Assembly (NCBI GenBank): GCA_965249865.1
Contig: CBDFMZ010000001.1
Coordinates: 704,415-768,414, forward strand
Reading direction: 5' to 3'
DNA: 64,000 bases
DNA from: Acidobacteriota bacterium
Lineage (GTDB): Bacteria; Acidobacteriota; UBA6911; RPQK01; CBDFMZ01
In this document: one piece after another, positions 37,924 to 46,756 of the stretch
Layout: each line of letters begins with the position of its first letter
Position numbering within the stretch: position 1 is the stretch's first letter
The notes under the pieces: generated by a model
What the model saw: the letters and a program-made list of their open reading frames with translations, nothing else
The model's database searches: none
What the model was told of the DNA's origin: nothing
Translations under genes and position numbers: made by a program

Positions 37924-38958
37924 CTAGTAGCTCCGCGCTCCCGAGTCGAGCCCATTGTCAGCAACCAGCTCTCGGTAACGCAGTCTCTTGCCGTTCATGC
38001 CGTCGCTGACAGTCTGCATCTGCTCGATGGTGTCCTGTTCGCGGACGTTGTGACGGCCAGCGAACTCCTGGACGTAGCGGTTCAGGTGCTTCGGGGAGAG
38101 CTTGTGGAACGTGCCCTTGTGCGCCCGTTTGAGCATGGACCACAGTGATTCTATGCCGTTGGTATGGACATCTCCCTTGACATACTCGGAGAGCGAGTGC
38201 TTGATGACTGCATGATCGAATGGAAGCGACTCATAGGCGGCTGCATCATCGGTGTAAACCGTAGCTCCTGGTGTGGCGTGATCCTTGACGAAACCTTGCA
38301 GCGTTTCCTTGTCGGCAAACCGAACAACCTTAGCAGCGACCTGCTTGGTAGCCCTATCCTTGGCTCCGACGACGGCGGTCTTGCCTACCGGCCCTCGTCC
38401 AGTGTCCGCCAGGGCCTTGCGCTTTGCTGTGCTCATATTCCGGCGACGACCCCCAAAATAGCTCTCGTCTACCTCGACCGGGCCACTAAACAGCGTATTG
38501 TCATCCTGTGACAAGGCGGAACGCAACCTCTGGGCAAGAAACCATGCAGACTTTTGAGTTATTTCAAGATCGCGGCTCAACTTCATGCTCGACACACTCT
38601 TCAGGTTGGTCATAATCTCGAACGTTGCGATGATCCAATCCTGATAACCGATCTTCGAGCCTTCCATCACCGTCCCAACCTTTGCGCTGAACAGCTTTCC
38701 GCATTCCTTCTCACGGCAGCGGAATGGCATGGTGGGATGCTTCGCTCCAGTCTGAACATTCAGCGACCCACACTTAGGGCAACACACGCCATTAGGCCAG
38801 CGTTGCTCAATAAACCACTTCTCCGCCGTTTCGTCATCGGGGAACATCCGCATGATCTGCTTGAGGGAGATGCCCTTGCGGAATGCCTTTCCAGGTGCCT
38901 TCTTTCTTCTCTTCTTTTCCATACTCAATATCTTACACGAGAGTAGCGGTGGCGTCAA
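37924..38958 (-). CDS. IS1595-family (ISXO2-like) transposase, full length
   Basis: 344 aa; N-terminal zinc ribbon (CPKCGSLNVQ...FRCREKECGKLF); DDE region; C-terminal HTNGIESLWSMLKR..HLNRYVQEFAGRHN typical of the ISXO2-like transposase domain. Confidence 0.8.
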   Translation of the reverse strand: MTPPLLSCKILSMEKKRRKKAPGKAFRKGISLKQIMRMFPDDETAEKWFIEQRWPNGVCCPKCGSLNVQTGAKHPTMPFRCREKECGKLFSAKVGTVMEGSKIGYQDWIIATFEIMTNLKSVSSMKLSRDLEITQKSAWFLAQRLRSALSQDDNTLFSGPVEVDESYFGGRRRNMSTAKRKALADTGRGPVGKTAVVGAKDRATKQVAAKVVRFADKETLQGFVKDHATPGATVYTDDAAAYESLPFDHAVIKHSLSEYVKGDVHTNGIESLWSMLKRAHKGTFHKLSPKHLNRYVQEFAGRHNVREQDTIEQMQTVSDGMNGKRLRYRELVADNGLDSGARSY

Positions 38959-38960
38959 GT

Positions 38961-38989
38961 ATTTTCGCTACTTTCGTATATAATCCCTC
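38961..38989. repeat. terminal inverted repeat adjacent to transposase start
   Basis: attttcgctactttcgtatataatccctc; reverse complement matches 35012-35040 at 23/26 positions. Confidence 0.65.
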
Positions 38990-39261
38990 TCCTATTCTAG
39001 GGGCATTATATAGCATAGTGCCCAGGGGAAGGAGATCACTCCAGCCAGTGCCGGAGTAAAACCCACACTGTGAGCGTCACCCCCTATCTGCTAACCTACC
39101 AGGGAGGTGGGCGGGCTGAGGTCTAAAGCTCTAACCCCTACTAAGTAACTAACTCAATGAGTACTGTGACTATGAGTAACCCTAACCTACCGCATCCTAA
39201 GACTAGAGCAACTCTATCCTACCCCTACCCACCAGATGAGTAACCCTGATCAACTTAACCC

Positions 39262-39852
39262 ATGAGCAATGCTAAGATTTCCGCCCCCACACCCACCAAA
39301 AAACTCACCCGCCAGCAATCCCTCTTCATCCGCTACTACCTCCAGTGCTTCAACGGCGCAGAGGCCGTAAGACAAGCCGGATACAGCCTCAAGGCAGCAA
39401 ATAGACAGGCCGTGCAGCTTTTGTCCATGCCTGTCGTCGTGTTTGAGATCCAGCGGCGCATGGCGGTGCTCCTAGGCAAGCTGGACATCTCGGCAGAGCG
39501 GGTCATTGCGGAAATGTGCAAGGTGGCGTTCTCAGACCTCTCGGAAGTGGCCGAATGGGGTCCGGATGGTCTAAAACTGAAAGATTCCGCCAGCCTCGAC
39601 CCCAGTGCTGCCGCATCCGTGCGCACCATTGCCGAGAAGCACACCAAGTACGGCAAGAGCCTGGCCATCCAGCTGCATGACAAGGTGAAGGCGCTGTACA
39701 CCCTGGGCAGATGGCTCAAGCTGGGCGAGGTGGAAGAGGGGCTGGGACCACGGCTGACAACGGGCATTCCACACTGTGAGGAACTGCCGGAGCAGGCAAC
39801 GAACAGGCAACAACAGGATCTGGCGGCCTCTCCTGGGGATGACCTTCCGTAG
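39262..39852 (+). CDS. phage terminase small subunit
   Basis: 196 aa; N-terminal LTRQQSLFIRYYLQCFNGAEAVRQAGYS matches the small-terminase HTH signature; immediately upstream of the large terminase. Confidence 0.7.
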   Translation: MSNAKISAPTPTKKLTRQQSLFIRYYLQCFNGAEAVRQAGYSLKAANRQAVQLLSMPVVVFEIQRRMAVLLGKLDISAERVIAEMCKVAFSDLSEVAEWGPDGLKLKDSASLDPSAAASVRTIAEKHTKYGKSLAIQLHDKVKALYTLGRWLKLGEVEEGLGPRLTTGIPHCEELPEQATNRQQQDLAASPGDDLP

Positions 39853-40106
39853 ACCCCCCCCCACCGTCCTGCTACCCCCCCTTCGCATCTCTATATGCGC
39901 CCGTCTGGGTGAAAACGGAAAAACGGAGGAATGGAAAGGGCGCCTCGGAAAAATAGAGAGAGGGAAAACTGGGGTTGTGAAGGGGGAGCGCGAAGGTTGG
40001 TGCAGTGGCATAGGGGGTCTCGTGACTATCGCCTGACCTATGGCGCGGTAGTGTATCATTGCGAGAGCCCCGTTGGAGTCGCCTGATGAATTAGATTGGA
40101 GGATAG

Positions 40107-41576
40107 GTGGCTTCCACCCACACGCAATCCGGCCTGGAGCGTCTTAGGCTAGAGTATCAGGGCTACACGCCTTTCCCGAAACAGGTGGCGTTTCACAAGT
40201 CTGGGGCACGGTATCGCTTGTTTGGGGGAGCGGCGGGTCCGGGAAAGAGTATTGCGCTGATCATGGAGGGGGTGAAGTTTGCTGGGGAGATGTACGACAA
40301 GGTAAGCGTGCTGATTTTACGGCGGACGTTCGAGGAGTTGGAAGGATCGATCATTTTGAACTTTCACCGTCAAGTCCCCCGGGAGTTGTATAAGAGCTAC
40401 AGCACCCAGAAGCACCGGGTGGAGTTTCACAATGGATCGATTCTGAAGTTCGGATATTGCAAGCATGAGAACGACATCTGGCAGTACCAGGGACACGAGT
40501 ACATTTTGGTGTTATGGGATGAGCTGACGCAGTTCACGCTTTCGCAGTGGCAGACGATGAAGGGGTGGAACCGCTCGCCGTATGGGCCGGGGAAGATGGC
40601 GGGGGCGACCAACCCGGTGGGAGTGGGCTGGAAGTGGGTCAAGCAGCTGTGGATCGACCGGGAGCCTGCCGATGGGATGGATGAGAACGAAAAGCGCCGG
40701 TATCAGCCTGCGGACCACCACTACATCCCGGCCAACTACACGGACAATCCGATTTACGCCAAGGACAAGAGCTACATTGCGGCGCTGGAGGCCCTGCCGA
40801 CACACCTGAAAGAAGCCTTGATGGCGGGGCGTTGGGACGTGCGGGCCGGGAGTTACTTCGATATTTTTGATCCGGCCACGATGTGCGGTCGGCCCGAGCT
40901 ATGGGAGATTCAGCCCTGGTGGCCGAAGTGGATCTCGATCGACTGGGGGTTCAATCATCCGGCGGCCGTGTACTGGCACACGCGGGACGGGCATGTGACG
41001 TACACCTACCGGGAGCTGATTGCCAGGAAGACGAAGCCGGGGGACTTGGCGGAAATGATCTGCAAGCGGTCCCTGGCGAGGCACGGGGAGCAGGAGAAGG
41101 TGGAGGCGGTCTATCTTTCGCCGGATGCCTTCTGGGACCGGAGCGGAGGCGGCACGATTGCGGACCAGATGCACGAGGCGTTTCGGGCAAAAGGATTTCC
41201 GACGGTGGCTCAGGCGGACAATGACCGGGTAGGGGGCGCGATGCTCATGTATAGCCTCTTGAGCGATGGCCTGTGGAAGATCGGGACCAACTGCACGAAG
41301 CTGATCGAGTGTTTGCCGATGATGCAGCGGGATGAGAGGAACGTCGAGGACGTGGCCAAGATGGACGGGGACGATCCGTATGAGGGAGCCAGATATGGGT
41401 TAAAGAGCCGTCTTTCGCCCAAGCGCACGCCGGTGATGCAGCGGATTCGCGCCGAGATCACGGCCGAGGACAAGAACGCGCAGGCGATGCAGATCCGCCG
41501 GGCCCTGGCCGAAGAGGAAAAGAAGGTTCAGCCCAGAAGGCTCCGGTACCGGCGGCGGCGAAGAAGAACCTGGTAA
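40107..41576 (+). CDS. phage terminase large subunit
   Basis: 489 aa; Walker A GGAAGPGKS, Walker B-like VLWDELTQF, C-terminal nuclease-like region with conserved Asp residues; position before portal. Confidence 0.8.
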   Translation: MASTHTQSGLERLRLEYQGYTPFPKQVAFHKSGARYRLFGGAAGPGKSIALIMEGVKFAGEMYDKVSVLILRRTFEELEGSIILNFHRQVPRELYKSYSTQKHRVEFHNGSILKFGYCKHENDIWQYQGHEYILVLWDELTQFTLSQWQTMKGWNRSPYGPGKMAGATNPVGVGWKWVKQLWIDREPADGMDENEKRRYQPADHHYIPANYTDNPIYAKDKSYIAALEALPTHLKEALMAGRWDVRAGSYFDIFDPATMCGRPELWEIQPWWPKWISIDWGFNHPAAVYWHTRDGHVTYTYRELIARKTKPGDLAEMICKRSLARHGEQEKVEAVYLSPDAFWDRSGGGTIADQMHEAFRAKGFPTVAQADNDRVGGAMLMYSLLSDGLWKIGTNCTKLIECLPMMQRDERNVEDVAKMDGDDPYEGARYGLKSRLSPKRTPVMQRIRAEITAEDKNAQAMQIRRALAEEEKKVQPRRLRYRRRRRRTW

Positions 41577-41668
41577 CCACGTTCCACTTGAACTTCGTCA
41601 GCCGATAGAAGTATCCTGTGAGGCGCCGCGCCCTTGTGTGAAGTCACCGCCAAAGGAGGAAGCTTTCG

Positions 41669-42004
41669 ATGTCGGACTTCACGCCCGTTCCCGCAAAAAC
41701 CGTTGCCTACATCGGTCCCGCCGGTGGCGTTCATGAGGCCATCGTGTGCCGGGTCAATGGCGACAGAACCATCAATCTGGTTTACGTGGACATCCTCGAT
41801 GGCGAAGACGCGCATGGCCTGAACCGCTGCGAGCTGGCCGGTGTGCCCCCCATCACAGAGAACTGGCGGCGCGGCTGTTTCGCCAAAGACGCGGAGACGG
41901 CTGAGAAGCTCCGCGATCGATTCGATAAGGCCGTCCAGACGCGACAGAAAGCGGATCAGAAAGCCGCCCAGAAGCGCCGTGCCAAGGTTCGGAAAACGTC
42001 GTGA
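41669..42004 (+). CDS. hypothetical phage protein
   Basis: 111-aa ORF with RBS (aaaggagga); basic C-terminal tail. Confidence 0.4.
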   Translation: MSDFTPVPAKTVAYIGPAGGVHEAIVCRVNGDRTINLVYVDILDGEDAHGLNRCELAGVPPITENWRRGCFAKDAETAEKLRDRFDKAVQTRQKADQKAAQKRRAKVRKTS

Positions 42005-42354
42005 GAAGCTGGCTGGGGCGGTTATCCGCTTACGTCCGGCGCCTGGAGCTGGACGTGGAGGAGTTAAAGCGGGAGCGGTGGTTGCTGTGGCAAACGATCG
42101 CTCAGATGCGAGGGGTGGCGTTACCGGTTGCCTCCGATCAGACTGGAGAGGAGAGCCAGGCGCAGGCGGAACAATCCCCGCGCAAGCCATGGTTTCGTCC
42201 CAATGTCCAGCGGTTGGTTCAAAAAATCCAAGCGAAAGAACGGGATATGATTGAGACGGTGGAGAAAAACCTTCGGCTGGCCCGGGATGAGCGGCTACGC
42301 CAGGGAAAGGTTAAAACCCATACGGATCCTAGAGGGGAGGCTGCCGATGCCTGA
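42001..42354 (+). CDS. hypothetical phage protein (coiled-coil)
   Basis: 117-aa ORF overlapping upstream stop (atga). Confidence 0.4.
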   Translation: MRSWLGRLSAYVRRLELDVEELKRERWLLWQTIAQMRGVALPVASDQTGEESQAQAEQSPRKPWFRPNVQRLVQKIQAKERDMIETVEKNLRLARDERLRQGKVKTHTDPRGEAADA

Positions 42355-42518
42355 GTCCAAGTCTCAGGTTCGCCTGGCTCATGCGGTGCTCTCGGGGCAA
42401 GCCCGGGATGCTTCCATGTCCCGGGGCATCGCTCGTGAGATCGTTCGCGAGATGCACGGGCGGCGGCTGTCCCGGCTACCGGAGAAAAAGAAGCGGAGCC
42501 GCATGAGGAGGCGAACGC

Positions 42519-44837
42519 ATGGTTGACGCGATGGCGGCCTCCGGTCTTCAAGGCGATCCAGTCGCAGGCACGGCCGGCACGGTGGTTCCCGATGAGGGGC
42601 AATCGGTCGGGGTCTACTACGAACGGATGGATGAGCGGCTGAAGTCTGCGCTCAAGCGGCTCAAGGACGATTACAAGTTTGAGGATATCAACTCGCGCCG
42701 GGAGGAGGTTCGCAAGGTCCGAAAGGCGCGGGAGTTCTGGCGGGGACATCAGAATATCTACTGGTCCGAGACTCAGCAAGCCTGGCATCTGCCCACCGAG
42801 AACCCCTACCAGATTGAAGTTGGCGAGCAGGATCAGCCGAAATTCGACTTCGTCACGAATATCTACCAGGCCTTCGGACTGTCGCTGATCGCCGTGCTTT
42901 CCCAAAGCGTGCCCGCCACTCGCCTGCAGCCCCAGAGCGTGAATCAGCAAGGAGACGTGGCCACGGCCAAGGCCGGAAACGAAGTGATTAAGCTGATTGA
43001 GCGCAACAACGACGCGCAAGCTCTTCTCACCGATCTGTCCTACTACTTGTGGACGGACGGCAAGGCCGGAGGCTATATCCGCTATGTCGTCGATGGAGGC
43101 CGTTTCGGGTATGACGAGGTTCCGATTTTGGAGCCCAATCAGATCAACCTCGCCCCCTCTTCAACCTGTCCCGTGTGCCTGGCGGAGATTCCCTTGGTGA
43201 ACTCCGGGGAGTGTCCCAACTGCGGGGCCCCCATCCCGGAGGACCTGTACGCTCAACCGGCCTATTCGATGCCTTATCCCGAACAAGCCGGGACCCGGCG
43301 TTTCCCCCGAGGCCAGGAAGTGATGGACGTGGTGGGGGCGCTGGAGCTACGCACGCCGATGTGGGCCAACAAACAGGAGGAGTTCCCTTACCTGATGTGG
43401 TCGGTTGAGATGCACGAGTCCCGTTTGAAAGCGGCCTACCCGCATGTGGCCGACAAGATCGGATCTCAGTCCTTCAGCGGCGGCGATAGCTATGAGAAGG
43501 TCGCCCGGCTGAGAATCCAGTACGGGGGGGCGGCTGAAGGCGAGGGCACGCAGCCCTATGGCTCGATGGCGACCTATGATCGCGTGTGGCTGAGGCCCTG
43601 GGCGCTCTACAAGATCGGGGACGAGGAGATTCGGAAGGAATTGCTCGAAATGTTTCCCGATGGGGTCTATTGCGCCTTTGCGGGAGACGTGTTTTGCGAG
43701 GCCCGGCCCGAGAACATGGACGACCACTGGTCCGTCATGCAGGCCCTGCCGGGGGACGGGCAGAACCGGCCCGCCATCGGGACCAGCTTCATCTCCATGC
43801 AGGAACGATTCAACACGCTCTCGAATCTCATCATCGAGAACATCGAGTACGGGGTTCCTCCGATCTATGCGGATGCCGCCATGCTCGACTTCGACCAGCT
43901 GCAGGACACGACGGCCCAGCCCGGAGCCATCTATCCGGTTCAGAGGGGTGTCGGGAAATCCATTCAGGAGGGTTTTTTCCAGCCGCGTCCCGCGCAGATT
44001 CATCAGGACGCCTACCGGCTTATGAACGATCTTCTAGGCCCTCATGGGCAGTTCGTGACGGGCGGTTTCCCGGCCCTTTTCGGTGGCTCGATGCAAAACG
44101 TCGATACGGCATCGGGCTACGCCATGGCCCGCGATCAGGCCCTGGGGCGGACCGGGATCATGTACCGGGGGATCAAGTCATTCTGGGGGCGGCTGATGCT
44201 CAAAGGGGTGAATGTGGCCCGCACGCACCGCCTGGAGGATATCGAGAACTCCATCCTGGGGGAAGGCGGGCAGTGGATGGGAGCTTTCATCCGTATCGCC
44301 GACCTGAAGGGAAACGTGCAAGTCTACGAAGACACCAGTGAGCAGTTCCCCAGGCTGTGGACCCAGCAGCGGGCGATCATGCTCCAGCTTCTCGACCGGG
44401 GCAATGAGAGCGTGATGGCGCTGCTGTTCCAGGACCCAGACAACTTCAAAGAGCTCCAGAGGTTAATCGGATTGGAGAACTTCAAGGCGCCGTTCGAGAA
44501 CGAGCGGGACAAGCAAATGCGCGAGATCGCACAGCTGCTGGAGGAGCGTCCCATCGAGCTTCCGGACGGACGGGTGTACGCGACCATCCTTCCGGATGAA
44601 TTGGTGGACAACCATGAGGTCGAAGCCCAGGCGGCGCGGTCCTGGCTCAGCTCGCCGGAAGGGTTGGCGGCGGCTGAGAAGAACCCGGAAGGGTGGCTCA
44701 ACGTGCGGGCGCATCTGATGATGCACGAATTGATTGTTCAGCAACGACAGGCCGCGCAAACCGTCATGACAGCGGCCGAGGAGGCGGAGGCGAACTCGCC
44801 TGCTGAGCCAGCCCAGAGCAAACCCAAGGGAGAGTAA
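42519..44837 (+). CDS. phage portal protein (putative)
   Basis: 772-aa ORF between large terminase and scaffold/capsid genes; size and position typical; contains a Cys4 cluster (CPVC..CPNC). Confidence 0.6.
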   Translation: MVDAMAASGLQGDPVAGTAGTVVPDEGQSVGVYYERMDERLKSALKRLKDDYKFEDINSRREEVRKVRKAREFWRGHQNIYWSETQQAWHLPTENPYQIEVGEQDQPKFDFVTNIYQAFGLSLIAVLSQSVPATRLQPQSVNQQGDVATAKAGNEVIKLIERNNDAQALLTDLSYYLWTDGKAGGYIRYVVDGGRFGYDEVPILEPNQINLAPSSTCPVCLAEIPLVNSGECPNCGAPIPEDLYAQPAYSMPYPEQAGTRRFPRGQEVMDVVGALELRTPMWANKQEEFPYLMWSVEMHESRLKAAYPHVADKIGSQSFSGGDSYEKVARLRIQYGGAAEGEGTQPYGSMATYDRVWLRPWALYKIGDEEIRKELLEMFPDGVYCAFAGDVFCEARPENMDDHWSVMQALPGDGQNRPAIGTSFISMQERFNTLSNLIIENIEYGVPPIYADAAMLDFDQLQDTTAQPGAIYPVQRGVGKSIQEGFFQPRPAQIHQDAYRLMNDLLGPHGQFVTGGFPALFGGSMQNVDTASGYAMARDQALGRTGIMYRGIKSFWGRLMLKGVNVARTHRLEDIENSILGEGGQWMGAFIRIADLKGNVQVYEDTSEQFPRLWTQQRAIMLQLLDRGNESVMALLFQDPDNFKELQRLIGLENFKAPFENERDKQMREIAQLLEERPIELPDGRVYATILPDELVDNHEVEAQAARSWLSSPEGLAAAEKNPEGWLNVRAHLMMHELIVQQRQAAQTVMTAAEEAEANSPAEPAQSKPKGE

Positions 44838-44840
44838 CCC

Positions 44841-45185
44841 ATGTCTTTTGACACGCCGATACTGTTAACCCAACTCATTGCCATTGTCGTCGATGCCGCT
44901 ACCGAAACGGGGGTGGCCCGCAGCCAGGTGTTCCAACTTCCGGTCAAGGATTCCCCCTCGGCCCACAAAATTCATCTTCAGCACGTTCCCGAAGGGACCT
45001 TTACGGTCCTGAAATTTGGGATCGAGCTGAGCCTGGACGGCGGAACGACGTTCGATGAGCTTCAGGAATGGGACGCCTTCTCGGATCCCGTGATTAGCCT
45101 CGATCTGGCGCGTTCGGGCCTGTACCGGCTCAAGGTCAAGACCTTTACCGGCGGGACCAGCAGCATCGTTCGGATTGGGGTGTGA
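44841..45185 (+). CDS. hypothetical phage structural protein
   Basis: 114-aa ORF 4 bp after portal stop. Confidence 0.4.
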   Translation: MSFDTPILLTQLIAIVVDAATETGVARSQVFQLPVKDSPSAHKIHLQHVPEGTFTVLKFGIELSLDGGTTFDELQEWDAFSDPVISLDLARSGLYRLKVKTFTGGTSSIVRIGV

Positions 45186-45294
45186 GGGTTGCGTTCAGAG
45201 GGGCACTAGGTAAGGCCAGGACGGCTTCTCACCTAAATGCAGTCCCTCACTTGACACACCCTGTCAGACCTGGTCTATAATATTTGCAAGGTCG

Positions 45295-46725
45295 TTGAAG
45301 TCACCAGGATTAGCCGAGGGCGAGTTTGGTGACTTCAACGAGGCTGTCATGGTGGCTTCCGATTTTCTCTCGGGGATCCGAACACCCCGCCTGCAAGACA
45401 GGGAAATCGGGAGAAACGCCATGGGAGACAGTCTGAGTCCAATCGAGGAGGCCCTGAGCGCGGGGGCCGCTAAACCACCCGAAACGCATGCCGATCCTTC
45501 GCCACCGCCAACGGAGGAGTCGGTAGATCCTGCCGGGGGCGAAAGCCCTCCGCCGCCAGAGCCCGGGGCGCCCGAAGGGGAAACGGGCACGGCAGACGCC
45601 TCTGAGGAAGGAGTCGAGACGGATCTTGACGCCTTGCCGGAGGAACGCCCTCTGGGTGAAGTCACCGAACCGGACGATTTCAAACCAGTCTTCAAAAGCC
45701 ATCCGAAGTTACGAGACGCCTGGTATGCCGCGGAGGCGTATCGGGAGGTCTTCGGGACCGTCAAGGAAGCGCAGGCCCTGCGCGATGCGCTTCCAGAAGG
45801 GATGGGCAGCCTTACCGAGATGCAGGAAAGCCTAGACGAGTTATCCGGCCTGGAAGATCTATTCTCCTCCCGCGAGGAGGACGGACCCGACCGGTTCCTC
45901 TCTGCCCTGCATGAAAAAGACGAGTCCGCCTATTCGGTCGTCTCGAATGCCAATTTCCGGAACCATCTGACTTGGCACCTGCAACAGGCGCACTCCCGCG
46001 ACGATCAGGAGTGGACTGAGGCTATTCAGGTCCTGTGGAACCGGTCCCCTGCTACTCAGAACAGCTCGTTTCTCGGCCAGGATCGACCGATGGGATCTGG
46101 ACCGCAGTCCGACCAGCGCCTTCGGAATCTGGAGGTGAGAGAAAGACAGCTGCGCGATCAGGAACTGGAGCATCAGCAACAGTCTCAAGCCGCCTTTGCC
46201 AATCGGGTTCAAGACGATATCGACTCTCAGGCGGACGAGGCCATTCGCTCTCATTTGAAGGTCACGATCGGAAAACGCACCGCACTGAGCGAGGGGGCTT
46301 TAAACCGGATGGCGAGTGAAATTTCCGATGGGGTCAACGAGCGAATCAACGGCAATGCTCAGATCCGGCGATTCGTAAAGCAATCGGTGAAGTCTGGAGA
46401 TCTCGGCCAAAAACATGCTTCCGGTCTCGTGGAGACGCTGGTGAGGCGCTATCGGCAACTCGTGCCCGGCGTGGCTGCCAAAGTCGTCAAGGACTGGAGC
46501 GACACGGTTCTTAACCAAAACAAAACAAGGGTGAGAGAGAGAGAAACCCAGGCGGAACGAGTAGATCTTGGCGGTGGCGGCTCCCCCGGAGCCCAAGGGG
46601 TCACCGGCGGTCAGTCTCCCGGCGCAAAGGAGATTGACTACCACAAGACCACCAACGACATGATTCTGCGCGGCGAGTACGTTCTCAAGGATGGACGGAA
46701 AGTCCAAACCCAACTGGGCCTCTAG
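45295..46725 (+). CDS. acidic scaffolding-like protein (start uncertain)
   Basis: 476-aa ORF rich in E/D/A with predicted long helices; located between portal and capsid genes. Confidence 0.45.
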   Translation: MKSPGLAEGEFGDFNEAVMVASDFLSGIRTPRLQDREIGRNAMGDSLSPIEEALSAGAAKPPETHADPSPPPTEESVDPAGGESPPPPEPGAPEGETGTADASEEGVETDLDALPEERPLGEVTEPDDFKPVFKSHPKLRDAWYAAEAYREVFGTVKEAQALRDALPEGMGSLTEMQESLDELSGLEDLFSSREEDGPDRFLSALHEKDESAYSVVSNANFRNHLTWHLQQAHSRDDQEWTEAIQVLWNRSPATQNSSFLGQDRPMGSGPQSDQRLRNLEVRERQLRDQELEHQQQSQAAFANRVQDDIDSQADEAIRSHLKVTIGKRTALSEGALNRMASEISDGVNERINGNAQIRRFVKQSVKSGDLGQKHASGLVETLVRRYRQLVPGVAAKVVKDWSDTVLNQNKTRVRERETQAERVDLGGGGSPGAQGVTGGQSPGAKEIDYHKTTNDMILRGEYVLKDGRKVQTQLGL

Positions 46726-46756
46726 CCTCTCTTCCCCCTAATCGGAGGAAAGAGCA

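Larger units (their letters stand above)
35012..38989. mobile_element. IS1595-family transporter-IS-like unit carrying a Type IIG RM gene as passenger
   Basis: Inverted repeats at both ends enclose the transposase, the 888-aa RM gene and a small ORF; no transposase-proximal IR is found at 37915, where the transposase gene itself ends. Confidence 0.5.

Noticed and set aside
43347-44341. 218-aa antisense and 251-aa alternate-frame ORFs within the portal gene; similar ORFs inside the 1696-aa gene and the DUF1592 gene
   Set aside because: High-GC artefacts; the long sense frames are continuous with good start contexts.
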